A DNA stretch of 64,000 bases from a virus: positions 1 to 64,000 of IMG/VR virus record IMGVR_UViG_3300017963_000024; one strand, written 5' to 3'. A program made the translations under genes and the position numbers. Of the stretch, positions 56,485 to 64,000 are shown one piece after another. Numbering within the stretch: position 1 is the stretch's first letter; each line of letters begins with the position of its first letter. The notes under the pieces were generated by a model. The model ran no database searches. It saw nothing but the letters and a program-made list of their open reading frames with translations, and had not been told where the DNA came from.

Positions 56485-58925
56485 GTGAAGTAGCCTTTGA
56501 TCCGCTTTCGGTAATCGACGACAGCACTCCTTGTGCTTTTAGTCGGTTTCCTCAGACGGACGACGAACTTTGGGAGTTCGTGGCAACGGTTTGGGGCGTT
56601 GAGATCCCAAGGAAAAAGATTTGCCCCCAGCACTGTGCTCCGTTCGATGCTTTTGCCGATGCCTTCTTCTGTAAAGCGGAAAACGCGATCTGGCTCGCAA
56701 GCCGTGGGTTGGGTGGCAAGAGTTTCCTTCTTGCTACGCTGGGCCTCACTGAAGCAGTTTGTCTTGGGGCGACGGCAACGGTCCTTGGTGGATCAGGCGC
56801 ACAATCACAAAACGTTCACAGGTATATGCAAGATATGTGGAGTTACCCTGCCGCGCCACGTCAATTGCTTGCGGAGGACCCCACGAAAATGAGGACCGTT
56901 CTTAAGAACGGTGCCTATGTTCAAGCTTTGCTGGCTTCATCCACCAGTGTTCGTGGCCCTCACCCTGTAAGGCTTCGGTGCGACGAGTGCCTCACTGGAG
57001 ATTCACTCGTTCTAATGGCTGATGGTTCTAAGAAACGTTTGGACAGGGTAGAACCCTCAGACAAGGTGGTTACTTTCTATAGGGGTTGTTTATGTGAGGG
57101 TGTTGTGTTAGCCTCTGAGTATAAGGGTGTCAGAGAGACACTAAAGCTTAGAACGGAGGCTGGTAATGAAATCGTCTGCACAAAAGAACATCCGGTCCTC
57201 GGAGAAAGTGGTTGGCGAGAAGCGTCTACCTTTGCAGCGGGGGATTACATCTGGCTATCCGATAACTCTGCCGACGTACTCCCACCGGGACGTGAAGAAG
57301 TGTCTCGACTGTGGGAAAGCTTTGAAGCACAAGATGGCTCGGCTGGTGACGGGGTACTGCAAAGAGTGTCTAACGGAGAAGGTCAAGAAACCGAAGTTCT
57401 GCGAAGAATGCGGGACTCAGGTTGGAAGCCAATCGAAGCTTTGTCGGCCCTGTTGCTTCAAACGAAGGAAGAAGTCAAAAGCTTTTTGCAAGGATTGTGG
57501 AACCGAATTGCGTTTAGCTTCTACGAAGCGTTGTCGCCCCTGCCACCTCAAGTTCATGTCCTCGGAACGCATGGTTTCGAGGATGTCGGCTTCCAGAGCT
57601 ACGGCTATGAAAAACAGGGAGGAGAGATCGAGAGCCGAAACACAGGCGGCGGAGCTTCTTCGACTGTTCAAGATAAACTTTCGAGAGCAAGTTCCAGCCT
57701 CCCGTTATATTCTGGACTTCGTTCTGGACGACTACAAGGTTGTGATCGAGGTACACGGGGCGTATTGGCACGACAGGCCCGCTGCGAAGAAAAGGGATCA
57801 AGCAAAAAAGAAAGCTTTGGAGAAGAGGGGTTGGCAGGTTCTTTTCTGGCGAACCGAAAAGCTCCACCTGTGGTGGCTCGATCTCGTGTCGCCTCCATTC
57901 AACAAGCTGGGAGAAGTGGAGTCTATGATATAAGAGTTTCTCCTGGCAAGAGCTTCGTCGCTAACGGTATCATTGTTCATAACTGTGACGAGATGAAGCT
58001 CGACATTCTCGATGCGGCTCTAGGCCAGCCGATGTCGAAGGACGGAATTCCCGCTCAAACAGTAATGTCCTCGACGCACCACTATCCTGACGGTACGGTC
58101 ACAGAGCTTCTGAATCGAGCCAAAGAACGTGGGATGCCCGTCTATAACTGGTGCTACCGGGAAAGTATGGCCGGGGGCTGGCTTTCCCCTGCCGATGTGG
58201 AAGCCGCCCGTGCTCGTGTTCCACTGGCAATGTGGGATGTTGAGTTTGAGCTTCAGGAGCCGAGTCCTGAAGGACGCGCCATCCAGCCACAAGCTGTAGA
58301 GTGGACTTTCGATCAAAGCTTGGGATACTTTGAAGGCCAAGCGAATGAAAAGATCGTGCTTGAACCCCCACAGGAGGGGGCTAAGTACGTGACCGGGGCA
58401 GATTGGGCGAAGGAGAGTGACTGGACAGTCATCATTACGTTCCGAATTGACGTTACTCCTTGGAAGCTTGTCATGTTCGAGCGGCTTGGCCGACGCCCTT
58501 GGCCGGAAATGGTTGAAAAATTCAATGACAGGCTTACTCGCTACCGAGGTGTCGGCGTCCACGATGCAACAGGGCTGGGAAATGTTGTGGATGACTTCGT
58601 GACCAACAGAGCCGCCAGAGGGGAAGTTTTGGTGGGAAAGAATAGGGCTGAAATTTTCTCTGAATACGTTGCAGCACTGGAAAACCGTGAAGTGGTTGCA
58701 CCGAGAATTGACTTCATGTATGCAGAGCACAAGTATTGCACGGTGGATGATTTGTGGGGGAGTGGGCACCCGCCTGATTCCTTTGTTGCTGGTGCGCTGG
58801 CATGGCGAGGCAAACGTTTCAGCCAGTCTACGGGAACCGTAAGGTCCATTGTGTCCCACCCGAAGTGGAAAGAGCGGTCGGACGAGAGGATCGCACGTCG
58901 GCTTGAACCTTGGAAGTTCGACTAG
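56481..58925 (+). CDS. terL: terminase large subunit containing an intein
   Basis: SRGLGGKS Walker A; RLRCDE|CDEM Walker B split by the intein; GADWAK..DWT, VHDATGLG, HPPDSF nuclease motifs. Confidence 0.92.
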   Translation: MSEVAFDPLSVIDDSTPCAFSRFPQTDDELWEFVATVWGVEIPRKKICPQHCAPFDAFADAFFCKAENAIWLASRGLGGKSFLLATLGLTEAVCLGATATVLGGSGAQSQNVHRYMQDMWSYPAAPRQLLAEDPTKMRTVLKNGAYVQALLASSTSVRGPHPVRLRCDECLTGDSLVLMADGSKKRLDRVEPSDKVVTFYRGCLCEGVVLASEYKGVRETLKLRTEAGNEIVCTKEHPVLGESGWREASTFAAGDYIWLSDNSADVLPPGREEVSRLWESFEAQDGSAGDGVLQRVSNGEGQETEVLRRMRDSGWKPIEALSALLLQTKEEVKSFLQGLWNRIAFSFYEALSPLPPQVHVLGTHGFEDVGFQSYGYEKQGGEIESRNTGGGASSTVQDKLSRASSSLPLYSGLRSGRLQGCDRGTRGVLARQARCEEKGSSKKESFGEEGLAGSFLANRKAPPVVARSRVASIQQAGRSGVYDIRVSPGKSFVANGIIVHNCDEMKLDILDAALGQPMSKDGIPAQTVMSSTHHYPDGTVTELLNRAKERGMPVYNWCYRESMAGGWLSPADVEAARARVPLAMWDVEFELQEPSPEGRAIQPQAVEWTFDQSLGYFEGQANEKIVLEPPQEGAKYVTGADWAKESDWTVIITFRIDVTPWKLVMFERLGRRPWPEMVEKFNDRLTRYRGVGVHDATGLGNVVDDFVTNRAARGEVLVGKNRAEIFSEYVAALENREVVAPRIDFMYAEHKYCTVDDLWGSGHPPDSFVAGALAWRGKRFSQSTGTVRSIVSHPKWKERSDERIARRLEPWKFD
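56988..57983 (+). mobile_element. intein (332 aa) inserted in the TerL Walker B motif
   Basis: block A CLTGDSLVLMADG, block B CTKEHPV, block F GVYDIRV, block G FVANGIIVHN followed by Cys. Confidence 0.92.
57166..57933 (+). CDS. Zn-finger + DUF559/Vsr-like endonuclease overprinted in the +1 frame inside the intein
   Basis: GGAGG SD 6 nt before ATG; three CxxC...CxxC units; FREQVP..YILDF...VIEVHGAYWH...KRDQAKKKALEKRGWQVL. Confidence 0.85.
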   Translation: MKSSAQKNIRSSEKVVGEKRLPLQRGITSGYPITLPTYSHRDVKKCLDCGKALKHKMARLVTGYCKECLTEKVKKPKFCEECGTQVGSQSKLCRPCCFKRRKKSKAFCKDCGTELRLASTKRCRPCHLKFMSSERMVSRMSASRATAMKNREERSRAETQAAELLRLFKINFREQVPASRYILDFVLDDYKVVIEVHGAYWHDRPAAKKRDQAKKKALEKRGWQVLFWRTEKLHLWWLDLVSPPFNKLGEVESMI

Positions 58926-58933
58926 GAGTGGTC

Positions 58934-60499
58934 ATGTCCCGAAGCAAAAAGCGAATAATGAAGACCGGGGGAGCCGTTCAGGTTTCCAAATCAACGGTCG
59001 TCAAAGAAGATCAAGAACCACTCCTGCCGACGATGTTCGTGAGGGTCATTAAGGCGGCAAAGCCAGTGACTTCTACTCCTCCAAGTCAGCAGATTACAAA
59101 CGATGACTTCAGTTCGTACTACGAAGGCGAGGTTGTCGTCCAACCTTATGTAGACCCTTCTGCGCTTCTAAACCTCGCTCAAGAGAATCCTGTTCATTGT
59201 GCTTGCATCACTGCTGTTGCGGCTGATGCTACTGGCCGGGGTTGGAAATTGGAGTGGTCTGGTCAGCCTGATCTTAGGATCGAGCAGAAGGATGTGAAGC
59301 AAGCACAGCAAGAACTTTGGCAAAAGCTTGAAGACATTACACCAAATCTCACGTTTTCCGAACTCCTTCGTCAGGCAGTTTGGGAGCTTCGGGCAATTGG
59401 GTGGGCCGCTTGGGAGGTCGCTCGTGACAGCAGTGGCGAAATTGGTGCTCTCTACCCAATTCCCGCCCACACCGTTCGAGTTTTGAAGGACAAGACTGGT
59501 TACATCCAGATTCGAGGTGGCAAAGCTCGATATTTCCGAAACTTTGGTCAGGAGGGCGCGCTTCCAGAAGGTGTGGAGTTCGTGAATGTGGATACAGGCG
59601 ATGCTTCCCGAGCCAATGAACTTCTTTTCTTCCAATCTTACCATCCACGAACTCCTTTCTATGGACTTCCCGATTGGGTTTCCGCCGTTTCGTCGATGGC
59701 TGAGATGACTCAGATTCGAGAGTTCAATATGTCGTTCTTCTCAAGTGGAGGGATGGCAGACAGAATCATCACTGTAAAAGCCGATAACGAGGCAGTTGCC
59801 GATGCGCTTGGTAAAAAGATCGAGGAGCAAGTCCAAGCTGCTAAAGGTCTAGCTCACGTTTCCATAGTAATCAGTGGAACGACTGATGTTGAAGTTCGTG
59901 TGGAATCAATGAGCCGAACCGAGGGCGATAGGGATGGTCAGTTCAGAACTCGGCGGGATGACCTCGTAAAAGAAATTCTCATGGCCCACAGTGTTCCTCC
60001 ATACAGAATCGGCTTTGCCGAGCTAGGAACTCTTGGAGGATCAGCAGCCCGTGAAATGCTTCGAGCCTACCGCTTTGGGGCAATCGAGCCTGTCCAGACA
60101 ATCATCGAAGACCGACTAACTCAAACTTTGTTCGGTCAACAAGGCTTGCAGATTCCATCAAGCATGAGATGGGTTCTGCAAGACGTTGATTTTGAGTTGG
60201 TTGATTTGAATCTTCTCATCGCTACCCGAGGAGTTCAAAATGGTTTTGCCACTCCCTCACAAGCTGGACAGTTGATGGGATTCGAGCCAACTGACGATCC
60301 AGCGGCAAACCGTCTCTATATGGATGGTGTTCCTATCACTGGAGATGTTCGTGAAGGCCAACCATCTGGATTATCTACAGAGCAACCAAGCGGATTGCCA
60401 GAAGGAATGGCTCCGACCGCCCCGACACCGATGGAGACTCCAGCACCACAGAGCGGGGGCAATGGTCGAGGAGGAACGATTGAGGTTGCTTCCGCGTGA
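58934..60499 (+). CDS. portal protein (PBSX/HK97-like)
   Basis: GWAAWEV.RD, LYPIPAHTVR, FYGLPDW, ILMAHSVPPYRIG; follows TerL. Confidence 0.9.
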   Translation: MSRSKKRIMKTGGAVQVSKSTVVKEDQEPLLPTMFVRVIKAAKPVTSTPPSQQITNDDFSSYYEGEVVVQPYVDPSALLNLAQENPVHCACITAVAADATGRGWKLEWSGQPDLRIEQKDVKQAQQELWQKLEDITPNLTFSELLRQAVWELRAIGWAAWEVARDSSGEIGALYPIPAHTVRVLKDKTGYIQIRGGKARYFRNFGQEGALPEGVEFVNVDTGDASRANELLFFQSYHPRTPFYGLPDWVSAVSSMAEMTQIREFNMSFFSSGGMADRIITVKADNEAVADALGKKIEEQVQAAKGLAHVSIVISGTTDVEVRVESMSRTEGDRDGQFRTRRDDLVKEILMAHSVPPYRIGFAELGTLGGSAAREMLRAYRFGAIEPVQTIIEDRLTQTLFGQQGLQIPSSMRWVLQDVDFELVDLNLLIATRGVQNGFATPSQAGQLMGFEPTDDPAANRLYMDGVPITGDVREGQPSGLSTEQPSGLPEGMAPTAPTPMETPAPQSGGNGRGGTIEVASA

Positions 60500-62454
60500 G
60501 AGGTGAGATCATGGCAGCAATGAAAACGGAAAGGGGCATGAAGTTCCCCTCCAAAGCCTACGCATACGTTCCAGATGCGTCCAAACCTTCAACATGGAAA
60601 CTTCGTCTCTGGTCAACCCCGACCAGTGGAGTGACGGCCCAACAGGTAGGAGCCGCAATCGCAGCAGTGGGTCCCAAAGGCTTCCGTGGGAAACGAGTTC
60701 AGATTCCGAGTTCCGCGATGGGTTCCGTGAAGCAAAAGATCAGGGGGGCTTTCAAAAAGTTGCACCCCGGTCGAATGCTCCCGGCAGCCCTCAAGAAAAG
60801 CTTTGAGGCCATCGAAAAAGCCGTTGAGCGGCTGGAGAAATCGGACAACGTCCTGAAAGCTTGTGGGGCCTGTATGTTTCCGACTCTCCCCGATGATCCT
60901 CTCTGCCAGTGGTGCGGAAGTCCTCTCGCAGAAACAGCCGAGGAGCTTATGAAAGAAGAAGTAAAGAAGGTCACTGGAGGAATCGAAGAGACGGATCGCA
61001 GCTACCGCGTTCGTGTGACGGCCCCGAAGGGCTTTCTCAAAGGAACCATGCGTCACAAGGAAATGACAGGTGGTGTTACAGGCTTGTTCGGAAAAAAGTC
61101 AGCTTCCGGCAAAATGATTCTGCGGACTCTAATCTTCGACAAGTCGGCGTTCAAGGACACCAGAGCTGTCCGGGCGTGGATGACCCGCAACAAGGTCAAG
61201 AAAACCGAGGATGGGTACGAGCAGCCGACCTTCCCTCTCTGGCTGGAAGACGACAAGGAGTTCGTTCTTGTAAAAGCTTTGATCGACTCCGATCAGGTTG
61301 CCGAGTACAGCTATATGCAGATCAACCGAAAGGATGGGGTCCGAATCTCGCTGGAGCACAACGGAACCGAGTGGTATGTCTCCAGCCTTGGATTCAGCCG
61401 TGATCCCTACCCAACGATGGAGCAAGCCGAAGCGTGGATCAACGAGACGCGCTCGACGGTAGAAGCCTCGAAGAACAAGTGGTCGGAGGGTGCCGTTCTT
61501 CCTCTGGATGGTGGCCCACAAAAATTTGTCATTCACGCTTCATTTGATGGCTTGTCGCAGAAGGAATCCACAGAATCCTTCCCGATTCTCAAGGAGAAGT
61601 TTCAGCCTGTGTTTGATGTACGATTCGGAACCTCACGGGATCGCAGTGGGTTCTTCGGCTGGCGCACAGACACAGATCTCTCCAAAGCTTGCCCGATCCT
61701 GAAACGGGCACCGGGTCCCGCGTTCTGGCTAGACACCGACAACGTGGCCCCTAAAGTCATCAAGACAGCCGGAGCCTACCCTCCCGTCTCGACATATCGT
61801 GAGACATTCGTGATGGACTATGGAGAGTGGCGGCTGCGGCACGCAACTCCCACCAATCTTTCGATTTCCATCGAAAGTGCTCTCAAGAAGTTTTCCGGTG
61901 ACGTTGAATTGGTCTATGACGAAGACATTGGCTGGTTGTGGTTGCCCGCTGCCAAAGCTTCTGACCCCGGTGATCGAATTACTTGGGCCAAGAAGGAACT
62001 GGAGTGGGTGATCGTTCCAGATGGTGCCACACACACGAAGATTGACGTGGATGCCTCCGCGACAAAGCTTCGTCAGTACAACGTTATCAAGTCCACCGGG
62101 GAACGTCGATTCACTCTCGGAGTAGCTTATCCGGTTGCTGAACTCGATGCTCACAAGGACTACATGACCAAGGAGCGACTGGAAGAAGCTGCTTGGCTCT
62201 ACATGGCGAAGTGTCAGGACATCGGCTTGTACCACAAGGATGGAACAAGTGGTTCCGGTCAAGTGGTGGAGTCCTACATCTATCGGGGTCCTGATTGGGA
62301 AGTTGGAGATCAGATCATCAAGTCTGGTGACTGGCTTCTCGGTGTGCTCTGGAGCGAGGAAGCTTGGGAAGTTGTGAAAAGTGGAAAAGTGAAGGGTTAC
62401 AGCTTCCAAGGGCTTGCCAAGAGGGTAATTCGAGAACTCAAGAATGCCGCCTAA
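60496..62454 (+). CDS. multidomain prohead protease with XkdF-like C-terminus
   Basis: GVAYP..LDAHKD, IGLYH, VVESY, GDWLLGV, VKSGKVKGYSFQG; N-terminal AYAYVPD...WKLRL domain. Confidence 0.8.
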   Translation: MRGEIMAAMKTERGMKFPSKAYAYVPDASKPSTWKLRLWSTPTSGVTAQQVGAAIAAVGPKGFRGKRVQIPSSAMGSVKQKIRGAFKKLHPGRMLPAALKKSFEAIEKAVERLEKSDNVLKACGACMFPTLPDDPLCQWCGSPLAETAEELMKEEVKKVTGGIEETDRSYRVRVTAPKGFLKGTMRHKEMTGGVTGLFGKKSASGKMILRTLIFDKSAFKDTRAVRAWMTRNKVKKTEDGYEQPTFPLWLEDDKEFVLVKALIDSDQVAEYSYMQINRKDGVRISLEHNGTEWYVSSLGFSRDPYPTMEQAEAWINETRSTVEASKNKWSEGAVLPLDGGPQKFVIHASFDGLSQKESTESFPILKEKFQPVFDVRFGTSRDRSGFFGWRTDTDLSKACPILKRAPGPAFWLDTDNVAPKVIKTAGAYPPVSTYRETFVMDYGEWRLRHATPTNLSISIESALKKFSGDVELVYDEDIGWLWLPAAKASDPGDRITWAKKELEWVIVPDGATHTKIDVDASATKLRQYNVIKSTGERRFTLGVAYPVAELDAHKDYMTKERLEEAAWLYMAKCQDIGLYHKDGTSGSGQVVESYIYRGPDWEVGDQIIKSGDWLLGVLWSEEAWEVVKSGKVKGYSFQGLAKRVIRELKNAA

Positions 62455-62794
62455 GATGGCTGAAGAAATTACAGAGAGTGCTGCCCTCAGTAAGTTGAGG
62501 GAGGTCAAAGACATCAACCGTCTGTTTGTTGACGTGCGCTGCCGCAAGTGCCGCAAGCTTTTCTTCAAATGGTTACCCGTGCAGCAGATCATGTTTGAGG
62601 TCAAGTGCAGTCGGTGTGGGCACATCGAAACTCGGAATATGTGCGGCATATTGACGCCGGACTTTTTTCCAGAAAGGGGTTGCAAAAAACAAAACAGCGG
62701 ATTAAAAGTTGGGACCGATGAGGAAGAAACTGAAGTGTCTGAGCACCCTTCAAGAGTGCCATCGAATGAAGCCATTCAAACTTTTGGAGGGTGA
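62444..62794 (+). CDS. Com-like zinc-ribbon protein
   Basis: DVRCRKCRKLF...EVKCSRCG. Confidence 0.65.
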   Translation: MPPKMAEEITESAALSKLREVKDINRLFVDVRCRKCRKLFFKWLPVQQIMFEVKCSRCGHIETRNMCGILTPDFFPERGCKKQNSGLKVGTDEEETEVSEHPSRVPSNEAIQTFGG

Positions 62795-62797
62795 ACC

Positions 62798-63400
62798 ATG
62801 AGTCTGTTCAGCTTTACCGTTGCAGACAAGCCGGAGACGGAACTCGAAAAGCTCCAAGTCGCCCGCGTGGATGCTGTCGAGGACCCGGCAACAGGCCGAT
62901 CTTTCATCATTACGAAATCGGAAGACACGGCTGAACTGCGGGCGAATATCGAGAAGCTTGCGAAGAAGACCGACGAGGTACTTCGCAAGATTCACAAGTC
63001 GAGTCCAAAGCTTTCGGACGAGGCAGTTGTGACTTCTCTCAACGAACTTTCAACGCTACTCGGTACGGAGAAAGACGTGAAGTTCGAGTACGCGAAGAAG
63101 GAAGAGGGTGATAAGCCCTCCGATGCTCCGGCAACGGAGGCCACGAAACCCGAAGACGACAAGGACAAGGTGGAGACACCGGAAACTCCGGCAACAGAAG
63201 CCGCCAAGTCCGCTCCCACTGTGGAGGAGATCGCCGATGCCGTCATCAAGAAGCTCGAAACAAAGCTTCAGAAGGACGACGGCAAGGAGAAGAGCAAGCC
63301 AGCTTCCCAGCAAGTTCAGGCGGGCGACGATGTGAAGAAGTCGAAGAAGCCCGATTTGGGAGAGGGCCTGTTCGAGAGTGTCGTCTTCTCGCAAGAGTAG
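62798..63400 (+). CDS. capsid scaffold or protease-related protein
   Basis: RVDAVEDPATGRSFIITK, charged linker, directly before the capsid gene. Confidence 0.65.
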   Translation: MSLFSFTVADKPETELEKLQVARVDAVEDPATGRSFIITKSEDTAELRANIEKLAKKTDEVLRKIHKSSPKLSDEAVVTSLNELSTLLGTEKDVKFEYAKKEEGDKPSDAPATEATKPEDDKDKVETPETPATEAAKSAPTVEEIADAVIKKLETKLQKDDGKEKSKPASQQVQAGDDVKKSKKPDLGEGLFESVVFSQE

Positions 63401-63440
63401 ACGGACAACCTCAAATCTTTTCTGAGTGAGGAGAAGAAAC

Positions 63441-64000
63441 ATGAATCTTTCACAGTGGTTGGAGAAGGCAACTTTTACGACCGACGACATCGACCCCTCG
63501 ATCACCGCAGGAGCAGGTGGGCTTCTCTCTCCGCGTCAGACGCAGCAGTTCCTTCGCATCGCAATCGAAGCACAGGTAATTGCGCGTGAGGCCCGGATCG
63601 AGACTTCCCCCTCTCCGAAGTTCGAGGTTCCCCGGCTGGCAATGGCCGACCGCATCATGCGGGCTGGTGTCGAAGGTGCTCGCGTAGTGGATGGTGACAG
63701 GGTTAAGCCCCGTACCGGACTGATGGAGTTGTCCACGGTCCTCCTGAAGGGCGAAATGCCCGTCACTGACGAACTGTTCGAGGATCAGATCGAACGGGGT
63801 GCCATCGCAGACACTCTGATGATGATGCTCGCACAGGGAGTCGGTCGAGACATCGAAGAACTCGCCATCAAGGGTGACACCGACAGAACGGCAGCCGATG
63901 ACGGTCTGCTCGGAACCAGCGAGCGGGAATTCATGGCGTCGATGGACGGTATCGTCAAGCACGCGCAGGACGACTTCGATGCTGGTGTTCTGGTGGACGC
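63441..64000 (+). CDS. major capsid protein (5' part, runs off the window)
   Basis: GAGGAG SD; MNLSQWLEKA...GGLLSPRQTQQFL...VTDELFEDQIE...GRDIEELAIKGDT, HK97/XkdG-like. Confidence 0.85.
   Translation, partial: MNLSQWLEKATFTTDDIDPSITAGAGGLLSPRQTQQFLRIAIEAQVIAREARIETSPSPKFEVPRLAMADRIMRAGVEGARVVDGDRVKPRTGLMELSTVLLKGEMPVTDELFEDQIERGAIADTLMMMLAQGVGRDIEELAIKGDTDRTAADDGLLGTSEREFMASMDGIVKHAQDDFDAGVLVD

Noticed and set aside
61729-62775. 348-aa minus-strand ORF
   Set aside because: Antisense to the protease and Com-like genes; no motifs.
1-64000. Prophage, integrase, reverse transcriptase or diversity-generating retroelement
   Set aside because: No integrase, repressor, RT motifs, template/variable repeat pair or host housekeeping genes seen; lifestyle cannot be decided from this window.

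Overview
The window is a 64-kb piece of a large tailed dsDNA phage (Caudoviricetes) genome, with almost all genes on the + strand. Gene order: lysis module and Gly-rich tail protein (0.4-3.4 kb); ParB-DUF4417-like gene, an unannotated Gly/Arg peptide and a C39-like peptidase (3.4-5.4 kb); replication and recombination genes (SF2 helicase, HTH initiator, DnaC-like, DnaB-like, primase, AAA module, split UDG-exonuclease/PolA, UvsY-like, SSB, RecA-like, Mre11/Rad50, resolvase, three HNH genes; 5.5-33.5 kb); small accessory genes; a repeat-rich non-coding region (37.7-38.3 kb); an array of early genes with their own sigma70 promoters (38-44 kb); a compositionally distinct ~2.5-kb island bounded by repeats and sigma54-like boxes, probably the genome end or terminal repeat (44.0-46.6 kb); secreted and lipoprotein genes (49-55.6 kb); then TerS, intein-containing TerL, portal, XkdF-type protease, scaffold and the start of the major capsid gene. 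I saw no integrase, canonical tRNA or CRISPR array. Top candidates for new biology: (1) a TerL intein whose endonuclease is overprinted in the +1 frame with its own Shine-Dalgarno site; (2) a ParB-DUF4417 + leadered Gly/Arg peptide + C39 peptidase module, together with roughly 10-fold enrichment of AAGCTT; (3) an AAA+ ATPase with Walker B placed before Walker A, plus a C-terminal 'RAIR' motif shared by six unrelated proteins; (4) the sigma54-box-flanked island. All family calls come from recognising motifs by eye; no searches were run.
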